This document shows positions 21,557 through 29,362 of a DNA stretch of 29,362 bases, one piece after another (the first letter of the stretch is position 1; each line of letters opens with the position of its first letter). This DNA comes from Thiotrichaceae bacterium (GTDB taxonomy: Bacteria > Pseudomonadota > Gammaproteobacteria > Thiotrichales > Thiotrichaceae), in the NCBI GenBank assembly GCA_026992705.1, contig JALWYT010000007.1, forward strand, positions 1,312 through 30,673. Reading direction: 5' to 3'. The notes beneath the pieces are model-generated. The model ran no database searches. It worked only from the letters and a program-made list of their open reading frames with translations, and was not told the origin of the DNA. Position numbers and translations under genes: made by a program.

Positions 21557-21591
21557 ATAAAAGGGAAAAAGTTTCATTTTTTCCCTTTTAT
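21557..21591. terminator. Bidirectional intrinsic terminator between eno and the convergent oxidoreductase
   Basis: Perfect 14-bp stem: ATAAAAGGGAAAAA, loop GTTTCAT, TTTTTCCCTTTTAT. Confidence 0.85.
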
Positions 21592-21609
21592 CAGTACTCA
21601 GACATTTAT

Positions 21610-24600
21610 TTACAATAGTACCTTTTCAATCCCTCCATTTACGGCTTTTTTCACAAAATCCTCTCGCCATTTGTTGCCTAATATGTGTTTGGCAAGTTCA
21701 ACAACAATATAGTCGGTTTGCAAGCCTGTTGTGCTTTGGTAGCGGGATAGCCCTTGTTGGCAGGCGGGGCAGGAGGTGAGTATTTTTACGTCGTTTTGTT
21801 GGGCTTTTTCTTTGCCTATGAAGGCTTTTATGCCTTTTTTCAGCTCTTCTTCTTTGCGGAAGCGTAGTTGTGTGGCGATGTCGGGGCGGCTGACGGCAAA
21901 GGTTCCTGCTTCGCCACAGCAGCGGTCGGATAGGGTGATTTGTTGATTGCCGAGCAATTTTTGAGCAACGTCGATGGAGTTGTGGATTTTCATCGGTGTG
22001 TGGCAGGGTTCGTGATACAGGTATTGTTGCCCTTTAATTCCTTGTATTTTCACGTCTTTTTCCATTAGGTATTCATGAATATCTAATAAGCGACAGTCAG
22101 GGAAGATGCGTTGGAATTCATATTTTAGCAATTGATCCATACAGGTTCCGCAGGAGACGATGACCGTTTTGATATTGAGATAGCTCAATGCGTGAGCGAT
22201 GCGATGAAATAAAACACGGTTTTCGGTTGAAATTTGTGAAGCTCGCTCGGTATCACCGCCTGCATTTTGCGGATAGCCACAGCAAAGATAGCCTGGGGGT
22301 AGTACAGTGGTTGTGCCGACGTAGTGCAGCATTGCCAGTGTTGCGATACCAACTTGGCTAAATAAGCGTTCGGAGCCACAACCGGGGAAATAAAAGACAG
22401 CATCGCTGTTTTTGCTGGTCTTTTTTGCATCACGCAAAATAGGAATGACTTTGTTATCTTCTAAGCCCAGCATCGCTCGCATGGTTTTACTAGGCACATC
22501 GCTTGGCAATGGTTTTTTAACAAATTCAATGACGTGCTCGGTAATCTTAGGCTTGCCGATGGTTTTTGCAGGTTGCTTTTTCTTTTTGAATGCACCGAAT
22601 GTTTTTAAAGCTCGATGCCCAAAGGCTTGAGCTTTAAAGCCTATTCGAATTATTCCTGTACGAGCTAATTTAATGGTGCTTGGGTCGCTTGCATTCAAGA
22701 ACATCATGGAGGCTTGCGTGACGAGACTACTTTTTCTTAAACCCCGTTCTTTTAGCAATTTACGCATTCGCACACTGACATCACCAAAGTCAATATTAAC
22801 AGGGCAAGGGGTGAAGCATTTGTGACAGATGGTGCAATGGTCGGCAACATCGTTCATCTCGTCAAAATGTCGAATGGAAATGCCGCGTTTGGTTTGCTCC
22901 TCATACAAAAACGCCTCAATACTCAAGCCTGTTGCGAGAATTTTATTACGCGGGGAGTACAGCAGATTAGCTCGCGGAATATGCGTGGTGCAGACTGGCT
23001 TGCATTTTCCACAGCGGAGGCAGTCTTTAATATCATTATTGAGTTTGCCCAGTTCATCATTTTCTAGCACGATGGTTTCCCGCTCAACAAGGCGTAGTGA
23101 GGGAGTATAAGCCTTTTGCAAACCCGAATCTGGCATTAATTTGCCTTTGTTAAAATGCCCGTTAGGGTCGATTTTTTGCTTGTAATCGGCAAAGGCTTGG
23201 CTAATCTCCTTCTGCAAATATTGCATTTTAGTTAGCCCAATACCGTGTTCGCCTGAGATAACGCCATCGAGTGATTGAGCTAATTCCATGATTTCATCGA
23301 CCAAATGCTCCGCCTCATTCATCATGTCATAATCATTGGAATTAACGGGGATATTGGTATGCACATTGCCATCACCCGCGTGCATGTGCAGGGCAATAAA
23401 TAGGCGACGATTGCGGTATTTTTTATGGATTTGGACGATGTTTTCCCGCAAAGGCTTGAGATTATTGCCAACGAAAATTTGCTGTAATGGCTTTCTAACT
23501 TCATTGCGATAGGAAATCAGTACATCTCGACGCAATAATAGATTGATCAGCTTATCGTTGGGGCGGCAGCGGCTTTGTTCTTCTTTTGAAAGCAGGTGTT
23601 GGCAGTCTGAAGCGGGGGTTTCAAAATTATCTAAAATGGCGGTCCAGCGTTGTTTTAGCGTGTTTAGATGCTGTACGGCATTGTCGATTTTTGCTTGTAG
23701 AATTTCGTCATTTTCTTGGCTGTCCTCATAATTGGCAATTTGTCGCAGTTCAGGTTGATCGCCTTGTAAGCAGTCAAGCATGGCATCAATGGTTTGCAAT
23801 TTATTGAGCATGGATTGACGAATATTAATTTTCTCAATGCCCTCACTATAAGCAGCTAAATTATGCAGCGGGATTACCACATCTTCATTGATTTTAAAGG
23901 CATTGGTATGAGCAGCAATCGCAGCGGTTCTTGCACGGTCAAGCCAGAATGACCGCCTTGCTTCGGGGCTAGTGGCAGTAAACCCTTCAGCATTGCGTTG
24001 ATTGGCAAGCCTAATAACTTCAGAAGCAGCCGCAGAAACCGCATCGTCATCATCGCTGACAATATCCGCAATTAGCACCATTTTAGGCAATATGCCTCTT
24101 GCTCCTTTGGGGGTGTATTTGACCGCTTTGACATAGCGTTCATCTAAATGCTCTAAACCTGCGAGTAGAACATCGGGGTTATTGTCGAGTGTGTCTTTAA
24201 TTTCGACAATGGCAGGCACGGCTTCGTGTAAATCTGTACCGTAGAATTCCAAACAGACTGTGCGAATCTTTTCAGGCATTCTGTGCAGAATAAATTCAGC
24301 CGAGGTAATAAGCCCATCGCAGCCTTCTTTTTGAATACCCGGCAGACCGCCGAGGAATTTATTGGTGACATCTTTGCCCAAGCCTGCTTTGCGGAAAAAA
24401 CTACCCGCATAGCGTAGGATTTCAGGTTCAGCTTTTGGGGTTTTGCCGTCTTTTTCATAGCGGGTAACGGCAAATTCGACGGTTTCAGCCTCGTGTAATT
24501 TGCCGAGATTATGGTTCAACCGCCTAACTTCTAGCCAGTCGGCATCAGGCGTAACCATTCGCCATGAGACAAGATTATCAAGCGTGGTTCCCCAGAGAAC

Positions 24601-25464
24601 GGCTTTTTTACCACCTGCATTCATGGAAACATTACCGCCGATGGTCGAAGCATCTTGCGAGGTGGGATCAACAGCGAATACTAAGCCATGATTTTCAGCC
24701 AGCTCTGATACTCGCCGAGTGACTACGCCTGCACCTGTGCGAACGGTTGCGACCTTCTGCCCGTTGGCAGCAATATCATCGCGGTATGTTACCTCGCTGA
24801 TGTGTTCTAATTTTTCTGTATTTATCACCGCTGAGTGGCAGTCCAGCGGAATCGCTCCCCCCGTATAACCTGTACCACCACCACGTGGAATAATGGTCAA
24901 ACCTAAGTCAATGCAGCATTGCACTAAATTAACAATTTCTTCTTCACTGTCAGGCGTTAGCACAACAAAAGGAAGCTCAACCCGCCAGTCGGTTGCATCA
25001 GTAACATGAGCGACTCGTGATAGACCGTCGAATAAGATATTGTTTTTATTGGTATAATTTCTAAATAATTTGCGAGCTTTGTCGCGTAACTTTTTATGAC
25101 GTGGAAACCAATCGGCAAAATCTTGTACCGCATCACTGGCATATTGCACCAAATCTAGGGTAAGTAAATTACCTGCCGCCCGCTCTTTAATGCGGTCAAT
25201 ACGCTCGTTTAAGGATTTAATCAAGGCATCTAAGCGGTCGCTGTGTTTTAGTAAATCATCCTGAATATATGGATTACGCGATGCAATCCACATATCGCCC
25301 AGCATTTCTAATAGCATATGAGCAGAAACGCCCGTATTACGACTGCCACGCAATGATTCTAAAATATCCCACGCCTTCTCACCAAGCAAGCGATGCACGA
25401 TTTCGCGGTCAGAAAATGATGTGTAGTTATAAGGAATTTCGCGGATAGTTTGTGTATTTGCCAT
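21610..25464 (-). CDS. Multidomain FAD-binding / 4Fe-4S / CCG oxidoreductase (DUF3683-DUF3400 type, glycolate/D-lactate dehydrogenase-like)
   Basis: 1284 aa. [76 protein letters not shown] and RCCGEAG. Confidence 0.92.
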   Translation of the reverse strand: MANTQTIREIPYNYTSFSDREIVHRLLGEKAWDILESLRGSRNTGVSAHMLLEMLGDMWIASRNPYIQDDLLKHSDRLDALIKSLNERIDRIKERAAGNLLTLDLVQYASDAVQDFADWFPRHKKLRDKARKLFRNYTNKNNILFDGLSRVAHVTDATDWRVELPFVVLTPDSEEEIVNLVQCCIDLGLTIIPRGGGTGYTGGAIPLDCHSAVINTEKLEHISEVTYRDDIAANGQKVATVRTGAGVVTRRVSELAENHGLVFAVDPTSQDASTIGGNVSMNAGGKKAVLWGTTLDNLVSWRMVTPDADWLEVRRLNHNLGKLHEAETVEFAVTRYEKDGKTPKAEPEILRYAGSFFRKAGLGKDVTNKFLGGLPGIQKEGCDGLITSAEFILHRMPEKIRTVCLEFYGTDLHEAVPAIVEIKDTLDNNPDVLLAGLEHLDERYVKAVKYTPKGARGILPKMVLIADIVSDDDDAVSAAASEVIRLANQRNAEGFTATSPEARRSFWLDRARTAAIAAHTNAFKINEDVVIPLHNLAAYSEGIEKINIRQSMLNKLQTIDAMLDCLQGDQPELRQIANYEDSQENDEILQAKIDNAVQHLNTLKQRWTAILDNFETPASDCQHLLSKEEQSRCRPNDKLINLLLRRDVLISYRNEVRKPLQQIFVGNNLKPLRENIVQIHKKYRNRRLFIALHMHAGDGNVHTNIPVNSNDYDMMNEAEHLVDEIMELAQSLDGVISGEHGIGLTKMQYLQKEISQAFADYKQKIDPNGHFNKGKLMPDSGLQKAYTPSLRLVERETIVLENDELGKLNNDIKDCLRCGKCKPVCTTHIPRANLLYSPRNKILATGLSIEAFLYEEQTKRGISIRHFDEMNDVADHCTICHKCFTPCPVNIDFGDVSVRMRKLLKERGLRKSSLVTQASMMFLNASDPSTIKLARTGIIRIGFKAQAFGHRALKTFGAFKKKKQPAKTIGKPKITEHVIEFVKKPLPSDVPSKTMRAMLGLEDNKVIPILRDAKKTSKNSDAVFYFPGCGSERLFSQVGIATLAMLHYVGTTTVLPPGYLCCGYPQNAGGDTERASQISTENRVLFHRIAHALSYLNIKTVIVSCGTCMDQLLKYEFQRIFPDCRLLDIHEYLMEKDVKIQGIKGQQYLYHEPCHTPMKIHNSIDVAQKLLGNQQITLSDRCCGEAGTFAVSRPDIATQLRFRKEEELKKGIKAFIGKEKAQQNDVKILTSCPACQQGLSRYQSTTGLQTDYIVVELAKHILGNKWREDFVKKAVNGGIEKVLL

Positions 25465-25539
25465 AAGTCCAATGATTTAAGCAAAACGGTATTTTACAGT
25501 AAAAAGAAAGGATTAGCACATACCACTAAAGGTATCAGT

Positions 25540-26853
25540 TTAAATATACTGCTCTATTAACAAGACTAGCTTGTCAATTAATTGCTTTTGATCTTGATCT
25601 GATAAAGAGCTAAGAGGTTGGTAAGGGTTATTGATTGGTGAGTAACGAGATATATTGTCTGCAAAATTAAAACCGCAAGGATTAAGGATAATAGGGATAA
25701 CGTTTGTTTGGTCATTATTAGCTTGGGATAATAATATGGTGAAGTCTGTATTTTGGGTAAAAGGAGAGTGGAGGAAGTCATTGGAGATTAATAAAACTAC
25801 AATTTTTGCTTGTCTAAGTTCCTCATCGATATAGGGGTACCAATCTGGTTGTGTGTTAAATTTGGTGTTTTCCCAGTATTTGATATTTACTTTATCTTTT
25901 AGCTTTGTCAGCGAGTTTTTTAATTTTTCTAGCCATGTTTTGTCATGACAATGATAGGCAATAATAATTTGCTTAGTTGATGTATAGGTTATTGATTTTT
26001 TGTGCTGATAAGTCAAAAAAGTGTACCCTGAGAATGGGTTGATTTGTATAAATAGTTTTCCATTGGGATAAACCTTCCAACCATTTTCACTTAAATAAGG
26101 TTCAATATAGTCATGACTTTCGTGTTCAGAAGCACATTCAGCAAGTAACTTTGCTCCGTCATCCCAGCTTGGATCAATGCGGTTGTGTAGGATTTTAGGT
26201 TTGACAGATTGCTGCTTGGATAAGTGCAGGCTGATAATTACGACATCATGTTTTTTTAACTGCTCTGCTTGTTTGGCAATGCTGTAATCCGGAGCATCAG
26301 AGGCTAAGCCATCTGATAAGATAATCAATACTTTTAAGCCGTACTCAGTCTCTTTGCTTGCCTTATGAAATACCTCATCAACTTTTTCTAAGGCAGTCAT
26401 GAGTGGGCTAGTCCCTTGTGCAGTGATAGCAAGGGATTTGAGGTGAGCTTGCTGTTTTTTCCAGTCTTTGATCAGAGCTCCAAGCTTGATAATGGGGGAT
26501 TCTTGTTTAAATAGACTTTTTATTGCAGGTTCTTCTTTTTCAGAGAGTATTGAAACAGGGTTGTCGAAACCAAAGCCATAGGCGAATAGGTCGATATTAT
26601 TTTCTGAAACTAGTGAGGGTTTGATGAGTTTGATTTTTTGTACGCTTTGCTCAAGTAGCCCTGTAAACACATCCAAGCCTGATTGTTTTTGGCTTGCTTG
26701 TGATATGGATGCAGAGGCATCAACAAGAATGCCAATCAGCCAAGGATGTGAAGAGTTAGGGCGATTAATTGTGTTTCCCCTTATTTGGTAAATCTTCTGA
26801 AATATCGACGGGAATTTCAATACCATCATCTGATATTTTAGGAGGGACAGCAT
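25540..26853 (-). CDS. vWA domain fused to a C-terminal TIR-like domain
   Basis: N-terminal vWA with MIDAS DASAS, GTSP and ILSDG. The C-terminal ~140 aa (25971-25540) read IIIAYHCHDKTWLEKL...YWENTK...W...IDEELRQAKIVVLLISNDFLHS...VIPIILNPC, a bacterial TIR_2 pattern. Coordinates are the maximal ORF; the true start is probably ATT at 26769. Confidence 0.75.
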   Translation of the reverse strand: MLSLLKYQMMVLKFPSIFQKIYQIRGNTINRPNSSHPWLIGILVDASASISQASQKQSGLDVFTGLLEQSVQKIKLIKPSLVSENNIDLFAYGFGFDNPVSILSEKEEPAIKSLFKQESPIIKLGALIKDWKKQQAHLKSLAITAQGTSPLMTALEKVDEVFHKASKETEYGLKVLIILSDGLASDAPDYSIAKQAEQLKKHDVVIISLHLSKQQSVKPKILHNRIDPSWDDGAKLLAECASEHESHDYIEPYLSENGWKVYPNGKLFIQINPFSGYTFLTYQHKKSITYTSTKQIIIAYHCHDKTWLEKLKNSLTKLKDKVNIKYWENTKFNTQPDWYPYIDEELRQAKIVVLLISNDFLHSPFTQNTDFTILLSQANNDQTNVIPIILNPCGFNFADNISRYSPINNPYQPLSSLSDQDQKQLIDKLVLLIEQYI

Positions 26854-28426
26854 CGACAGAATTCATTAAATGTTGTAACCCTTTTAGTTGTTGCTTGATT
26901 TCAGGGCTTATATCTTCACTTTCTTCAATAATTTGTATGATTTCAGGAGTTAAGCCTTCTTCTTCGATACGTTTTTGAATATCACCTGGTAGTTGTAAAC
27001 TAGGTTCAGTATTTGCTTGTGGTTCTGGTGCAAACTTTGCAATTAACTCTTCTGGTGTCATTGTTTCCCCATTTAGTGTGATCTTACCATCTGCGAAGCT
27101 GGCATTTAGAATAAGCTTATTATTTTCATCTTTTAGCATACCTTCAGGAGTCATCATAGTTAACAGCATCTTCATTTGATCGGGTAACATTGCTTTGTCA
27201 ATGTTAAGATCAATTGTGCCTGTGATAAAATTTAGTAAACCTGAAACATCACCTAATAATAAGCTATCTATATCGATAGTTTTTTGCTCATTACCCGTAT
27301 AGATAAGTTTGCTATCTAATGTTGTATTACCTCTATCACCTAATAGTTTGATAACTTGATTAAATTGTGTTTTTTGAGCGATTAACACTTTGTCAAATAT
27401 GACCTTAATCATTTCTTTGCTAGTGTCTTGTAACTGCTGAATTAAGGACATCATTTTTTCTTGTCCCTCGGGGGTTTGCGTCGCATCTGCATTCCACATT
27501 AATTGATTTTGTAGATTATTGATTTTAGCTTCAATTTGGCTAACTGCTTGCAAACCTGTTGCACTCAAGCCCTGATAATTTGCATGATAGCTTGCTTGTT
27601 TGATGGTGTGCGATGGTTCAACAATATTTTCTGCTTGTAATTGTAGTGTGCCGTTGACTTCATCACCTTGTTGTTCTGAATTGCTTGTGGCTGATAAATC
27701 AAAAGTAATAGCATCACCTGTTGTTGGTTTTAGTTTGATTTCTGGTGCAGATACTTTGCTGCTTCCTAACATTTGTGAGCCAATAAAGCCGGTGATATTT
27801 AGGTCAGCCGTTACGCTAGGGATAATAAGCTCTAGGTTTTTATCTTGCAGATGCATTTCACCAATTGCAAGTTTAGCTGTACCCGTATTATTTTGCATGG
27901 ATTGTGTGCCACTGAGTGTTAAACCATCAATATCAAAATTTGCCTCACCTGCTTGGCTAAGTGGTGAAATCTTGATGGTATAATGTGCTTTTTGATCAAA
28001 GCCAATAAAGTTCTCAGCAATAATGGGGGTTTTATTAGAAAAAAGCTCGGCAATAACGATTGCTGTGTTTTCATCCAAGGCATCAAGATCAATCTGTGAA
28101 ACAGATTTAGATACGCCAAACTCAAGCCCTGTTTCTGTTAAAAAGACAGGTCCATGAGTAATTTTTGTAATGATTTTGGCATTAGATAAAATATTATCAA
28201 TAAAGGGGGAGCCCGTTGTAATTTTTAATATAGCCTGTGCGTTACGGAATGATGTATTTTTATAATCAAGTAATTCAATTGTCACACCATTATTCGTGGC
28301 ATTATTATTGTTGATATATTGTTTAATTTGATTCTCAGTTTCTTGTGAGAGGAACCATGTGGTACCACTCCAAATAACAGCAATAAGAATGGTAAGGAGG
28401 ATAAGTGTTCCAAATAACTTTTTCAT
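26765..28426 (-). CDS. YdgA / DUF945 family membrane-anchored protein
   Basis: 553 aa. Single N-terminal TM anchor (…AVIWSGTTWFLSQETENQI), ELLDY....F...A, ITHGP, and GKITLNG near the end of the conserved region. Confidence 0.8.
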   Translation of the reverse strand: MKKLFGTLILLTILIAVIWSGTTWFLSQETENQIKQYINNNNATNNGVTIELLDYKNTSFRNAQAILKITTGSPFIDNILSNAKIITKITHGPVFLTETGLEFGVSKSVSQIDLDALDENTAIVIAELFSNKTPIIAENFIGFDQKAHYTIKISPLSQAGEANFDIDGLTLSGTQSMQNNTGTAKLAIGEMHLQDKNLELIIPSVTADLNITGFIGSQMLGSSKVSAPEIKLKPTTGDAITFDLSATSNSEQQGDEVNGTLQLQAENIVEPSHTIKQASYHANYQGLSATGLQAVSQIEAKINNLQNQLMWNADATQTPEGQEKMMSLIQQLQDTSKEMIKVIFDKVLIAQKTQFNQVIKLLGDRGNTTLDSKLIYTGNEQKTIDIDSLLLGDVSGLLNFITGTIDLNIDKAMLPDQMKMLLTMMTPEGMLKDENNKLILNASFADGKITLNGETMTPEELIAKFAPEPQANTEPSLQLPGDIQKRIEEEGLTPEIIQIIEESEDISPEIKQQLKGLQHLMNSVDAVPPKISDDGIEIPVDISEDLPNKGKHN

Positions 28427-28468
28427 TATTATTTCATTCCTGTCAGTGTGTAAATATTTGTGATTAAT

Positions 28469-28669
28469 TTAAATTTCACAGCCCTTCTCACCATAAATAG
28501 CCATGATTGATTTAAGTTCTGCATAGAGATAATCACAATCCTGTTTTGAAAAGCCATTAAGCTCAGTAGGTATCACATTTTGATCTAATTGACCAAGCAA
28601 TATGTTGATTTTTTTACAACCAAGCTGGCAGAGTTCTTCAAGTGCATTTTCTAAATGTTCATTTGTCAT
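28469..28669 (-). CDS. Small hypothetical protein, 66 aa with four Cys
   Basis: LEELCQLGC...ELKSIMAIY. Co-oriented upstream of DUF945 and divergent from hemB; fills an otherwise empty gap. Confidence 0.65.
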   Translation of the reverse strand: MTNEHLENALEELCQLGCKKINILLGQLDQNVIPTELNGFSKQDCDYLYAELKSIMAIYGEKGCEI

Positions 28670-28749
28670 GGCTTATATCATACAAAATATTTCCAGAAGA
28701 TTATATTTTTCTCTATCATAACGCTTATTTTCTTAAATAGAGATGTTAA

Positions 28750-29362
<613 letters not shown>

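Overview
Chromosomal window from an AT-leaning gammaproteobacterium; the taxon is not identifiable from sequence alone. Left to right it holds: (1) a minus-strand surface-polysaccharide operon, in transcription order rmlA-rmlC-rmlD-rmlB, a Zn-ribbon SAM methyltransferase, a PssD/PssE-type split glycosyltransferase, a Wzx flippase and a partial Wzy/O-antigen-ligase-like gene not in the ORF track; (2) leuCD; (3) an AT-rich block with phoBR divergent from a DUF47-pit operon (Pho box between them), an LprI-like secreted protein, a FeeM-like GNAT acyltransferase and a stand-alone NBR1/FW Ig-like domain; (4) yicC, then pyrG-kdsA-eno; (5) a minus-strand run of a 66-aa Cys-rich protein, a DUF945/YdgA protein, a vWA-TIR fusion and a 1284-aa FAD/Fe-S oxidoreductase; (6) partial hemB. 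Two long inverted-repeat, MITE-like elements lie at 823-976 and 19995-20160; the second supplies the last codons and stop codon of kdsA. I saw no tRNA, rRNA, CRISPR array, integrase or transposase. The best candidates for undescribed biology are the vWA-TIR fusion (intact MIDAS, degenerate TIR catalytic site, probable ATT start coupled to DUF945) and the FeeM-like/FW-domain gene pair. All family calls are by motif recognition, not database search.
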